Shown here in pieces: positions 28,601 to 37,186 of a stretch of 64,000 bases of DNA. The first letter of the stretch is position 1; each line of letters starts with the position of its first letter. The position numbers were made by a program, and so were the translations under genes. The stretch comes from an uncultured virus (IMG/VR IMGVR_UViG_3300009093_000038) (lineage: Duplodnaviria; Heunggongvirae; Uroviricota; Caudoviricetes), in the IMG/VR virus record IMGVR_UViG_3300009093_000038; one strand, written 5' to 3'. The notes under the pieces were generated by a model. That model did not search any database. It was not told the origin of the DNA and worked only from the letters and a program-made list of their open reading frames with translations.

Positions 28601-29836
28601 AGCGACGTATTCGCCTACCTGGAATCCATTCGATCCAAACTCGATGAAGCCCGCGACGCGGCGGCTGCTCGTGAACAGGACGAGGACAAGAAGCGGGACA
28701 TTCTCAAGGGTCACGGCATCTACAAGGGAAGTTGCGGCCACCGCATCCAGGGCTGCCGGTGCCCGCAGGTCTGCGCCGTGATCGAGGTCCAGGCTCCGTG
28801 CCGCGAGTGTGCAAGTAAAGCCCCCATCCACGAATTCGTAAACAAGTGGCGGTCTCAACGCATTCAGGAGGCAACCGATCCTGAACACATGTTCCAGTCT
28901 CGTGAATATGACTGTGGTCCAACGTGCATCAAAATGGTGGCCAACGCTCTCGGGGTTGGCCGACAGCTCACTCTCGACGACATCATCCAGGTCTGCGGCA
29001 GCGACCCAACGACCGGGACCGACGATAAGAAGATGGAGAAGGGCTTGGCCGCCGCAGGCGTACCGTTCCAGGTAGGCGGGGCGCGCACTGCCGAAGACCT
29101 GGCGACCTCGCTCAATGCGGGCAACCTGATCATCCTGCGAACGCTAACGCGTGGCATCAAGCATTGGATCGTGCTCTACCGTTTCGACGGACAACGCTTT
29201 CTCGCACAAGACCCTTGGCTTGGTCCACTCAGCTACACGCCCGAGGAAGTCGTCAACATCTGGAAGCCTCGCGACTATTTCTACTTTGAGGTTCCGCGCA
29301 CGATGGAGCAGCGCGTGGACAGCTATCAGATTGCGACCTACGCCATGCTGAAAGCCCTGGGCGAGTCCCAGGAGGGCGGCAACCTGCTGTTCGTGAACGC
29401 GACGGGCGAAGTCATGCCTGCCCTGGAGAAAGCCATCGTGGATGTTTTCCCACGCTATGCCGATTGGGTGGTGGGCTACGCGAAGTCCGCGATGGACCCG
29501 CAGCTCTCAGTCGTGGTGCTCGATGGCCACGAGGTCGTCGGATTTTATCTCATCGGTCGGCGTGATGTGATTGACGGCACCGCTGGCATGGAGCTGATGG
29601 AAGACCTGACGCCGTACGCTCAGAAGCGTGGCGTTGAAGGCGTCGCTCTCGGGGTCGTGGGCAGCGCACGTGGACGCGGCATCGGCAACCGGCTCAAGGA
29701 TTATCCCAAGCACCTGGGCGTGGAATACGTCTGGGGACTTCAGATGAGGAAGCTCGGCAACTTGAAGGACTGGCTCAAGCGCCGACGCCTGGTTGCGCAG
29801 AGCGCTGAGTGCTTCGCCACGCTCGAAGATTTGTAA
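25685..29836 (+). CDS. Polyvalent protein: CarS-like SH3, ADP-ribosyltransferase-like, inorganic pyrophosphatase-like, Cys-rich, C39-like peptidase and GNAT-like domains
   Basis: HDVEGAPVKIG..YPEDP; AYHAS..GAHFG..GYDSIVY.N..E; EAGNYQKGH..HYGYIKGT..DEHKV; QSREYDCG..HWIVL..DP; RGRGIG. Confidence 0.8.
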   Translation: MNELIEQEVLDAKEVSTNESGRVVVESDIDLRDSLSPSFHDEVAQLLSNLGVIVESQWRPAGLATEKRFYTGPVLVIKAVTGNQDVTGPKLAEAVRSLIPDALRAQTRVWCPFLHKDVCNETLVFDVAVAGAPAVLFEFADEDEMKTISEPTDPKERIMTVLNGHGLHIESFVTTPSDPGWGDLGNPVFVIKTNLQPTEAPWTYDPVAQSGLVEFCARVKRDLEEITHQDVTFASKFAMEKGAWNITWLTDEHGKMESTGDADLDAELAKELTSDKVDRALIEDILSRYGVRLLPGDRQGTGFDIPNQPDIIPNTYHMFRGQWKPKVLWHEGSSQLGTDLRNDISAQCGVAPKDIFFYIDFASGEVEVAVPRKNLQTESELDSEAEDAKEVGEIPADRDVMPSGVEGWQSRLQNAYDSFEEFASYSDIYGLAERLGFETAQEAWEANPIIRGSVNPGDYGVVESAGDKPPWYDPNAGAQKVAHDVEGAPVKIGQIVRVTSVDEAEEGTDWAKLVGQEGKVVHLEYSCGCGQSYPEDPMIGVEFSDGTVHEFWAEELGTETNEAIRAYHASPNKFKKFDLSKEGAHFGSREQASNVRKHGLKEPVAYDLEVKNPLRLHDIGVWNNFNNLHSVLSVGDHITPEQADAAWAAWLRSDQEGWEALKAALEQNGYDSIVYQNEQEGPGDSYLVFRDGQIKRIKENDEGDFKDLWVDSPSLSHTFTFVFDFGAGEGTQEWVWTVPIEMMPPVGPDGDLEPVLDFVREYARKHMPDTPPDDWDFLVDIKPANPENLAELLREDLNDDVVAAAKEACKEPSDEQKEAGNYQKGHIVIHGLDISIENCKGSMRRGKDKGGKEWEVKLPAHYGYIKGTEGKDKDHIDVFIGEKPESEKVFVVNQNKLDGGFDEHKVLLGFEERADAIQHYDDAYTGGLGPKLRDSVVSTTMEKFKAWLQDGEHKKPFEEVELKESLQERVNISDVFAYLESIRSKLDEARDAAAAREQDEDKKRDILKGHGIYKGSCGHRIQGCRCPQVCAVIEVQAPCRECASKAPIHEFVNKWRSQRIQEATDPEHMFQSREYDCGPTCIKMVANALGVGRQLTLDDIIQVCGSDPTTGTDDKKMEKGLAAAGVPFQVGGARTAEDLATSLNAGNLIILRTLTRGIKHWIVLYRFDGQRFLAQDPWLGPLSYTPEEVVNIWKPRDYFYFEVPRTMEQRVDSYQIATYAMLKALGESQEGGNLLFVNATGEVMPALEKAIVDVFPRYADWVVGYAKSAMDPQLSVVVLDGHEVVGFYLIGRRDVIDGTAGMELMEDLTPYAQKRGVEGVALGVVGSARGRGIGNRLKDYPKHLGVEYVWGLQMRKLGNLKDWLKRRRLVAQSAECFATLEDL

Positions 29837-29871
29837 ACAGTTCCACGTGGAACTTTACCGTTCTATCCGTC

Positions 29872-30186
29872 ATGTTGAGAATTAAGGAACTCATTCAGGC
29901 GCTGCAACAACTTGATCCAAGTGTTCACGATCTGCCGGTGTGCGCTGTCTTCAAAGCCCGTGAAGTCATGTCGGGGCCGATGGAAGGAGCGATCCTGCTT
30001 TTTAACAAGCCAGCCATCGGAGCCGCGATGACACCTGAAGGACTTTATCTTTTCACGGAGGAGGATAGTGAGCTGCGCGAGAACCACATGTTCGGGATGA
30101 TGCCGCCTGGTTTCAAAACAGGAAACCCCGACATCGACGTTCGCAACGCTGAAGACGATGCCGGGGAGGGATGGAAAAAAGAGTGA
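29872..30186 (+). CDS. Hypothetical protein
   Basis: GTTCTA-N6-ATG. Confidence 0.55.
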   Translation: MLRIKELIQALQQLDPSVHDLPVCAVFKAREVMSGPMEGAILLFNKPAIGAAMTPEGLYLFTEEDSELRENHMFGMMPPGFKTGNPDIDVRNAEDDAGEGWKKE

Positions 30187-30202
30187 TTCGGTGATTGGGT
30201 GT

Positions 30203-31105
30203 TTACTTTCCCTGTTTCCACATCTCGAAGGATTTTTCCAGCCACGCCACTGCTTTGTTTCGCGCCGTGTGTGAGGTTGGTCCCTGTTTGATTTTCGGTA
30301 TCTCCGTCCTGAGTAGCCGGGCGTGAATCTCGCGCTTGTCTTCCAAAAATTTCTTCAGCTCCAATGCCGGACGGCGGCAGCCTTGTTCGAGGAGGTAGGC
30401 GCAGAATGCCGAAGAAGGTAGAGAAAAACCATCATTTTCGGCTTCGTTCTCGGTCTGCTCAAGTTTTTCTTCGCCGGTTTTCTTTTTCATCAGCGCCGAA
30501 AAACGCCGCTGTAGCTCGCTGGATTCGGTGACACCTTGGATGGCGAGGATGCGTTTCTGCTGCTCCTTCTCATCGCGGTCCATGTCAAGGATCAAGCGCT
30601 GGATGAGCGTACATTCAGTGATCCCGGTTGTGATCGCCGTATTTGCACGTTCGCGAAATTCGTCGATGTTTTCGTTCAGCACGCGCTTTTGAAAATCAGC
30701 AAACGACCGCTTTCTTTTTGAGCCAGAGCCTTTTTCCAGATAGCCTTCCTCTTTGTCAAGGATGTAACGGAGCGCGCCGATGATGGAAAAGGAGTTGATA
30801 AACCCTCGGGCTTGGAACCAAGCATAGGCTTCTTTTCCTGTTTTGGCCCACTTTTCTTCGGGTTGAGGTCTGCGCCGTGCCAGGAATGAGGTCGTCGCGA
30901 GAGTTTTAGTTGGTTCGGCTTCCATGGTATCCACCAGCGTAGCTGTGGATTTGTTTGATGTTGTCGGTGGAGTGCCGACTTCCATTGTGTGCAGGCGTCG
31001 CTCGTGACTTTCCTGCTTGGCTTTCATGTTCTTGACCGTCTGTTCGAGTTTTGAGACGGTCAGCGTGAGTTCTTCCAGTGATATTTTAGTAGGTTGAGCT
31101 GACAT
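30203..31105 (-). CDS. Hypothetical coiled-coil protein
   Basis: Long ORF opposite to its neighbours; start re-called at MSAQP. Confidence 0.6.
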   Translation of the reverse strand: MSAQPTKISLEELTLTVSKLEQTVKNMKAKQESHERRLHTMEVGTPPTTSNKSTATLVDTMEAEPTKTLATTSFLARRRPQPEEKWAKTGKEAYAWFQARGFINSFSIIGALRYILDKEEGYLEKGSGSKRKRSFADFQKRVLNENIDEFRERANTAITTGITECTLIQRLILDMDRDEKEQQKRILAIQGVTESSELQRRFSALMKKKTGEEKLEQTENEAENDGFSLPSSAFCAYLLEQGCRRPALELKKFLEDKREIHARLLRTEIPKIKQGPTSHTARNKAVAWLEKSFEMWKQGK

Positions 31106-31139
31106 ACAGGCAGAAGAACAAAAATCCGTTCTAAGCATT

Positions 31140-31433
31140 ATGGCAAAGACGATGACTAGCACTCAGCGGCACGCCGCTTACCGGAAAGCCATCAGGGCCT
31201 TTGGCCGCAAAATGTTTTTTGAGCTGAAGCTCAATGACCCAAAGAAGGGAAACTTTCTTGATTGGGAGCCGACCGGGTCTCACGGCATGAACGAGCTGAA
31301 CCACCACGTGGCAAAGCTTCGTGACGCCGTCATGGACGGGAACATCACCAAAATCAGTGAGTACTGTGCCGACATCGGCAACATCGTTATGGCCATCGAG
31401 AAAAGTCCACGCATTATCCAAAGGAACTCCTAA
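31140..31433 (+). CDS. Small all-alpha NTP pyrophosphohydrolase-like (MazG-like) protein
   Basis: EL..HVAKL..EYCADIGN. Confidence 0.4.
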   Translation: MAKTMTSTQRHAAYRKAIRAFGRKMFFELKLNDPKKGNFLDWEPTGSHGMNELNHHVAKLRDAVMDGNITKISEYCADIGNIVMAIEKSPRIIQRNS

Positions 31434-31822
31434 TGTCCACACTTCAATCCCCAGTTAAGTCAATAGGCGAGTTGAGAATCCACCGTCTTCCGGCTGGCAG
31501 AAAAGTCGCCGTCACCCACGCCATTCGTTATGACGGCCAGACGTTTATCGTAGGTCTTGACGGAAAGGTTTATTCCAATCGCGCCATGGACCACGCCTTC
31601 TACCAGCTCAGTGACTATGGGTGGGCGACCGCCATGGTCCGAGCGCTGGCCAAGATCGGAATGATCAAAGGCAAAGACGCGGAGGCCCATATCGAGGCTG
31701 CCCGGCGCGCAGATAAGGCTCGCGAAAATCGGTCGGTGGCGGCCTCGTTTGAAGTGGACGCCAAGAATCTTGGCGTCAAACTGACGGCGAAACAGCGGCG
31801 CTTAATCAACAAGTGGAAATGA
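31433..31822 (+). CDS. Hypothetical protein
   Basis: TAATG coupling. Confidence 0.6.
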   Translation: MSTLQSPVKSIGELRIHRLPAGRKVAVTHAIRYDGQTFIVGLDGKVYSNRAMDHAFYQLSDYGWATAMVRALAKIGMIKGKDAEAHIEAARRADKARENRSVAASFEVDAKNLGVKLTAKQRRLINKWK

Positions 31823-32157
31823 ACCCGGTGCCAATCTCCTGGGACCCGAAGGTCAATACGCACGAAGGCATGGAGGCTGATGCTCAAGGGATGCTCTTTC
31901 GCAAAGACGTGGCACCCGGTGCCGCCTGGTGGGGCAAAGGCCGTAGCGGAGATACGACGGTAGAAAACGCTGTGCTGCGCTTTGCCTGCCCGTGCGGATG
32001 CGGTACGATCGGAGCCATACCGATAGTCCACTGGGACCCGAAGGGTTGGACCTGGGATGGTAATAAAGAACTTCCAACAACCAAACCGAGTGTGCTGATG
32101 CTTTCAGTTTGCCAGTGGCATGGCTACCTTACTGCGGGCGTCTGGACTCCCTGTTAA
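31819..32157 (+). CDS. DUF6527-like metal-binding protein
   Basis: CPCGCG..WTWDG..PT..PSV..CQWHGYL..GVW. Confidence 0.6.
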   Translation: MNPVPISWDPKVNTHEGMEADAQGMLFRKDVAPGAAWWGKGRSGDTTVENAVLRFACPCGCGTIGAIPIVHWDPKGWTWDGNKELPTTKPSVLMLSVCQWHGYLTAGVWTPC

Positions 32158-32158
32158 A

Positions 32159-32491
32159 ATGATCGGCACCATACGCCTCGGGAACAAACGAAAGGTCTCG
32201 GACTACAAGCCTGAGCTGGACGAGATCGTGATCCACATTGATCGTCCCAACCTGCTGTGCAATCCCTTTCCAGTGAATGAGCGGACCTGCCGGGCGACTT
32301 CGCTGCTGGCCTTTCACACGGACTTCGGACTGGAGATGGAGCGTCGCAAGGGACCGCGCTACCAGGAAGTATGCCGGATCGTTGGGTTGTTGCTCGAAGG
32401 TAAAGACGTGATCCTGATGTGCTGGTGTCACCCGCTTCCATGCCACGGCCAGACCATCAAGCAGTGGGTGGAGAAATTTCTGAAGCCGTGA
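32159..32491 (+). CDS. DUF4326-like protein
   Basis: IDRPNLLCNPF..LMCWCHPLPCHG. Confidence 0.75.
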   Translation: MIGTIRLGNKRKVSDYKPELDEIVIHIDRPNLLCNPFPVNERTCRATSLLAFHTDFGLEMERRKGPRYQEVCRIVGLLLEGKDVILMCWCHPLPCHGQTIKQWVEKFLKP

Positions 32492-32703
32492 GAACCAAGA
32501 TCATCTTCAACGACCAGGAATGGGAGGACTACAAGGCCACGTTCTCGGTCGGCAGGATGATGCACGTTCCCAAGATCGCGCCGTCGTTCCCTGTGCTCGT
32601 GGTGACGGTGATCACACCGAATCCACACCATCAGTACAGTAACCAGGCGGAGCATTCTTTTGTCGAAGCCGCTGAGCTGAAGCGGATGTTGGGAATCAAG
32701 TAG
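32488..32703 (+). CDS. Hypothetical protein
   Basis: GTGA coupling. Confidence 0.5.
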   Translation: MRTKIIFNDQEWEDYKATFSVGRMMHVPKIAPSFPVLVVTVITPNPHHQYSNQAEHSFVEAAELKRMLGIK

Positions 32704-32751
32704 AACTTCCGATACTTCCTTCTCGCGCAGGCACAAAGTGAGTATTGGGTG

Positions 32752-32781
32752 TTGACTTTATTACTTCCAAATGTAAACATT
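32752..32781 (+). promoter_or_regulatory. Promoter with TGTAAACA box
   Basis: TTGACT followed by AATGTAAACATT at -10 distance. Confidence 0.65.
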
Positions 32782-32831
32782 CTCTCAGAGGCCCACCGAG
32801 GCCCATAACAATCAAATGAAAGACTACTGTT

Positions 32832-33128
32832 ATGGGCCAAAAGAAAAAGATCACGGAAGCTGACAAGATCGCTTTCCGCACACACCTGGTAAACTTCCTG
32901 AACATGCAGGAGGACACGCGCCAGGCATCCATCGCGGCGGATACGGCTGAACGTCGAAAGCAAGAGGTGTACACCCTGGAGCGCAAGCAGCACGAGGCAG
33001 TTATCGAGCTGTGGGAGAAACTGCGCGAGCACGAGTGGATGACGTTCGAGCATTTCAAGCTGCCGGATGGTCGTCTGGTTAAGGTAGAAAAAGGCAACAT
33101 TCACGTGTGTCCGGCGACGCAGCTTTGA
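32832..33128 (+). CDS. Hypothetical protein
   Basis: ORF after promoter. Confidence 0.6.
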   Translation: MGQKKKITEADKIAFRTHLVNFLNMQEDTRQASIAADTAERRKQEVYTLERKQHEAVIELWEKLREHEWMTFEHFKLPDGRLVKVEKGNIHVCPATQL

Positions 33129-33169
33129 CGATTGTTTGCAAGTGGTTGAAGGGCAGTAGATAGAATATA

Positions 33170-33208
33170 CACTCTGACTATTGACAAATGGTCAAATAAT
33201 TGTAAACT
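33170..33208 (+). promoter_or_regulatory. Sigma70-like promoter
   Basis: CACTCTGACTA-TTGACA-N16-TAAACT, 9 nt before ATG 33218. Confidence 0.7.
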
Positions 33209-33217
33209 ATTTCCACT

Positions 33218-33505
33218 ATGAGAAATGAATTACCCAAGACCAGCCCGGTCAGCGAATACCTCGCTGAAGTTGAACGCACCATTGCCACCTACGGTCACCG
33301 TGATGTGCAAGGTTTTATGGATGCTGCCCACACGGCCCACCAGGGCTTGAACTACAGCATCGAGCTGCCCGGATATGCAGTCAGGGTGCGTGATTTTCTA
33401 CTGAAAGGCCAATCCGTCTTCGTTCCCGACTACAAGTATTTCGACGCGCATGTCGCCGTGGAATACGCCGCCCTGGTCGCCAAGTTCAACTCGCTCAACC
33501 TCTAA
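33218..33505 (+). CDS. Hypothetical protein
   Basis: ORF after promoter. Confidence 0.6.
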   Translation: MRNELPKTSPVSEYLAEVERTIATYGHRDVQGFMDAAHTAHQGLNYSIELPGYAVRVRDFLLKGQSVFVPDYKYFDAHVAVEYAALVAKFNSLNL

Positions 33506-33509
33506 TCCT

Positions 33510-33884
33510 ATGGACAAGAAACAATACACCTACCGCTATCGCGGATTCCTCATCAAACCCAAACGCGATTTCGGCAATGGTTATCTCAGCAATGGCCGGG
33601 TCATCAAGCGCGGCTGGAACGTCGTGAAGGACGGCTGCAACATCATGCCGGGTGCTACCTGGTTCGAGACGCCCAAGAAGGCCAAGCGCGCCATCAATGT
33701 CCTGCTGCGCGTGAAGGGCGATGCCCAGAAGTTCTGGGAGATCATGCAGCCCTTCGAGTTCAAGCGCGTCGGCCAGAAAACCACTGAGCGCGACTGCACC
33801 ATTCGCAAGGGCCGCTTCTTCGTCAAGATCGAGAATGGCCGCGTGGTGGAGTATCGCGATGACATGAATCCCAACGGCCTATGA
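33510..33884 (+). CDS. Hypothetical protein
   Basis: Operon ORF. Confidence 0.6.
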   Translation: MDKKQYTYRYRGFLIKPKRDFGNGYLSNGRVIKRGWNVVKDGCNIMPGATWFETPKKAKRAINVLLRVKGDAQKFWEIMQPFEFKRVGQKTTERDCTIRKGRFFVKIENGRVVEYRDDMNPNGL

Positions 33885-34123
33885 TCGCTCCTCCCATCAC
33901 CCAGTTGGAGTTCGCGCCGGAGGACTTTGAGATCGCCGAGCAGGTGGCGCGCAGGCTCGGCTACACTCAGACGGCTTACACGTCCACGAGCGCGCTCTGG
34001 GGCCTCTTTTGTCTGCCGGATAATGCCAGCCATCGCTGCGGCTGCATCATCAAGACCAAGGAGTTCGGCCTGATGTTCGTGGCCGACCTGGAGGACATGC
34101 ACATGGAGGATTTGAAGAAGTGA
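33881..34123 (+). CDS. Hypothetical protein
   Basis: ATGA coupling. Confidence 0.55.
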   Translation: MIAPPITQLEFAPEDFEIAEQVARRLGYTQTAYTSTSALWGLFCLPDNASHRCGCIIKTKEFGLMFVADLEDMHMEDLKK

Positions 34124-34914
34124 ATACCAGTGCCGAAAGCGATTCCGTTCTTACCAGTATGACGACCAAAGAAAAGCGGATACTTCTTGCACTCGCAGAA
34201 GGATTTGTTGCCAAGAAATCAGCCTGGGACTACATGGGCGAATCTGGCATCAATACCCATTACACGCTCTGGGACAACAAAGGCAATGTGCTGCACAGTG
34301 GCCTGCGTGATTACTTTGGCAATCTCAACGATATTCGGGCGGCGCGAAAGAACCTTCTCAAGACCGAAGAACAACAGACCGCGTTCATTAGTCATCTGCG
34401 CGAGTTCGACTTAGACGCCTATCGCGGCGTGGAGGAATGCGTGTACGAGCTGGTGGACATGGATGCGCGCCGCCAGGCTGAGGCGCTTGGCTGGACGCTC
34501 GGCTTGTGGGAGATGGATAATTTGAAACTGTACGAGCTGGACTACTCGGTTCGCATCGTGCTGCCCTGTGGGATCATTCAGCTCGTGACCTCAGACCAGA
34601 TCAGGGACTCTTACGCTCGGCGGTGGTGCCGTCTCCATAACGCGAATCCCGAAGGCCGCTTTGCCATGGACATGCAGAATCGAATGCCGTCCACGCTGAA
34701 GCTCTGGCTCGAATACTACGTGACCGAAGCAATGTTCCCAGGCTCCGTGCTGCTGGTCCAGGAGACTGATCCGCTGGAGTACGAGAAGAACGGTGGCTGC
34801 CCGGTCTGTCGCCGGGAGGACGAACACATGCACCCGATGGCCAAATGCGTCGCCTGCGGTTTCTACGGTGATCCGGCCACTGCCCTGAAACACGATTGCA
34901 AATGTCAACGATAA
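34120..34914 (+). CDS. Hypothetical protein with C-terminal Zn-finger-like motifs
   Basis: CPVC..CVAC. Confidence 0.55.
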   Translation: MNTSAESDSVLTSMTTKEKRILLALAEGFVAKKSAWDYMGESGINTHYTLWDNKGNVLHSGLRDYFGNLNDIRAARKNLLKTEEQQTAFISHLREFDLDAYRGVEECVYELVDMDARRQAEALGWTLGLWEMDNLKLYELDYSVRIVLPCGIIQLVTSDQIRDSYARRWCRLHNANPEGRFAMDMQNRMPSTLKLWLEYYVTEAMFPGSVLLVQETDPLEYEKNGGCPVCRREDEHMHPMAKCVACGFYGDPATALKHDCKCQR

Positions 34915-35237
34915 CCAAACGCGGTCTCGTATTCAAAGAGCAGGATGGCTCGATCTCGCTCATTCGCCTGGATGAGGAAATGGTCGTCCACGGCCTGACC
35001 ATCGGTGATGAGGATGAGCTTTACGACAACTGGCCGGAGCATCATGCCGACCTGGTGGACGTGGATACCATCGGCGACGACATGAACCTGGTTAATCTGA
35101 CCTCGCTTCAAACCTTGACGTTCAGTCGTGATGGTAAAGAATGTCCTGCGCGAGAAGCAATTAACCATGGCTTAAACACGGAGCCGCAAAAGATTTATCA
35201 GCTTTTGACCTATGGCGCGAACCAAGCTCAGTCCTGA
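34902..35237 (+). CDS. Hypothetical protein
   Basis: Operon ORF. Confidence 0.5.
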   Translation: MSTITKRGLVFKEQDGSISLIRLDEEMVVHGLTIGDEDELYDNWPEHHADLVDVDTIGDDMNLVNLTSLQTLTFSRDGKECPAREAINHGLNTEPQKIYQLLTYGANQAQS

Positions 35238-35505
35238 ATCGCTGTGGCTGCTGTGCTACCTGAACGAGCAGCACCCGATTGGCGTCGCGTCCACGGTGGC
35301 ACTGCCGGTACCGTCGTATCTGAAGCGCGAAGTAAAGCTGTGCCAGGTTCGAGGCTTGATCCGTCGTGGGTGGGCCGAGGAGAAGCACCGGGGCATCTTC
35401 TACATCACGCAGCGTGGCAAGGAGGCCATCACCCGCATGTTGACCAGCTACCGTGGAAACGAGATTTGGCGGCAACGGCGCACATTAGGAACTGTCCATG
35501 GCTAA
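35212..35505 (+). CDS. Putative winged-helix protein
   Basis: LIRRGWAE..FYITQRGKEA. Confidence 0.5.
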   Translation: MARTKLSPESLWLLCYLNEQHPIGVASTVALPVPSYLKREVKLCQVRGLIRRGWAEEKHRGIFYITQRGKEAITRMLTSYRGNEIWRQRRTLGTVHG

Positions 35506-35767
35506 GGCTGCCAAATCACTCGCGAAGACGAAGCTTAAGTGGACTGGTGCCCTGGTGAGCTGCTATGTCCGTGACATGAAGAATAGACGGCTCGGTCCGG
35601 TCCTGGGGATCGTCCGAGGCGTGTCCACCAACCAGGCCGCCGTGGAGGATGAGGGCGGGGACGAATACAGCGCCACCGGCCTGCTGGTGGAAATTCCCGA
35701 TCTCGGTCGCAACGTCACGTATGGCGAGTGGCCGGTGAGATTCGAAGATGCAAAGATTGAACGTTGA
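35498..35767 (+). CDS. Hypothetical protein
   Basis: Operon ORF. Confidence 0.5.
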   Translation: MAKAAKSLAKTKLKWTGALVSCYVRDMKNRRLGPVLGIVRGVSTNQAAVEDEGGDEYSATGLLVEIPDLGRNVTYGEWPVRFEDAKIER

Positions 35768-35769
35768 TT

Positions 35770-36117
35770 ATGCTGCTTAAGCTCTCAGGACCGTTTGTAC
35801 GAACACTGCTGCTGATCCCAGTGGGAGGTAATGACGTGATCGAATACTCTCCCACCGCAATACCATGGAATCTGGCAGGTCGCTTTGCTGTTCGTATGGA
35901 TACACTCAACGAGCCACCGCAGCACCCTGACCATGCCCGACTGGAGGAGGTCGAGTTGCCCGAAGTCCGCGAACCGGATTGGAATCTTGAGCAGTGTGTG
36001 GAGCAGTGGCGTTCCTGGCGTCGTCAAGTCTGGTTGCATCGTTACCTTACGGCCAGGAATGAAAACAGCCGTAGTGAAGCTAAAGCGATCGTACAGGCCA
36101 TCGACCAAATAAAATGA
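35770..36117 (+). CDS. Hypothetical protein
   Basis: Operon ORF. Confidence 0.5.
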   Translation: MLLKLSGPFVRTLLLIPVGGNDVIEYSPTAIPWNLAGRFAVRMDTLNEPPQHPDHARLEEVELPEVREPDWNLEQCVEQWRSWRRQVWLHRYLTARNENSRSEAKAIVQAIDQIK

Positions 36118-36350
36118 GGCGCGCACCTAACATCGACCCAAGTCCACACTCCCGGCCAGGAATCGGTGACGACCAGGCCATCACCCGGTATCCCGACGAG
36201 CCACACCCAGACAACGAGCACGCCTGGAAAGCCTGGTGGGTGAAGAAATGCTTCGATCTCCAGAAGCCGCTCACTGAAGGTGCCATCGTCTGGATTCACC
36301 AGTGCTGGACGGAAACAAAAGCGCGCTGGACTGTAAAACAGATTTCATAA
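36114..36350 (+). CDS. Hypothetical protein
   Basis: ATGA coupling. Confidence 0.5.
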   Translation: MRRAPNIDPSPHSRPGIGDDQAITRYPDEPHPDNEHAWKAWWVKKCFDLQKPLTEGAIVWIHQCWTETKARWTVKQIS

Positions 36351-36374
36351 CACTCGAACATTGACTATTGACCT

Positions 36375-36872
36375 ATGCCTAAACTACTCCCCGACACCGA
36401 ATTCCTGGAGATGGTGGACAAGATGCCCCTCGTCTCCATCGACCTTATTATCATCGACTCCAAAGGCCGCATCCTGCTCGGCCTGCGCGCCAATGAGCCA
36501 GCCAAGGGCACCTGGTATTTCCCAGGCGGGCGCATCTTCAAGGGCGAGATGATCCAGTCAGCAGGCAGCCGGATCGCCTTCGAGGAAGTTGGTCTGGGTG
36601 CGAAGAAGGACGCCAGGTTCGTGGGCGTCAATGAGTGGTTCTTCGACACCAACTTCTACGGCGCGGAGAATATCGGCACGCACTACGTCGCCCTGGCCTT
36701 CATGGTGCGTGCTGAGCCGGAGGAGATCACTATCTCTGTGACCGACAAGCAGCACCGTGCCAGAGCCTGGATGACTATCGAGGAGATCAAGAAGAATCCC
36801 GAGGTCAGCCCGGATGTCGTCCACGCCATCAACGAACTGGAGGCCAAGAAATACCTCCCCCAACCCGTATGA
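36375..36872 (+). CDS. Nudix hydrolase, GDP-mannose mannosyl hydrolase (Gmm/WcaH)-like
   Basis: PLVSIDLII..LGLR.NEPAKG.WYFPGGRI.K.E..EEVG..THYV. Confidence 0.85.
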   Translation: MPKLLPDTEFLEMVDKMPLVSIDLIIIDSKGRILLGLRANEPAKGTWYFPGGRIFKGEMIQSAGSRIAFEEVGLGAKKDARFVGVNEWFFDTNFYGAENIGTHYVALAFMVRAEPEEITISVTDKQHRARAWMTIEEIKKNPEVSPDVVHAINELEAKKYLPQPV

Positions 36873-37186
36873 TCGTCATCACTCAACGCCAGATGATCGA
36901 AAGCGTCGTGCAGCGGTGGAAAGACACGTACGGCGCGGATAGCAATGTCGGCAGACGCCTGGAGACATTCCGGGCGCTCCAAAAGCTCGATCTCAAGACC
37001 GCGACTGCCGAGGAAGTGGACAAGATCATCGGCAATAATCACTGGACCACCTGCCTCTGCCACGAATGCCGTCAACACGTCACGGACTTCATCCGCGTGG
37101 GCACGACCGGGATCGAGTTCGATGATGGCTCAACCTTCAACATCTGCCACGAATGCCTCCACAAGGCGTTCGCCCTCGTCCAATGA
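36869..37186 (+). CDS. Hypothetical zinc-binding protein
   Basis: CHEC..CHEC. Confidence 0.55.
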   Translation: MIVITQRQMIESVVQRWKDTYGADSNVGRRLETFRALQKLDLKTATAEEVDKIIGNNHWTTCLCHECRQHVTDFIRVGTTGIEFDDGSTFNICHECLHKAFALVQ

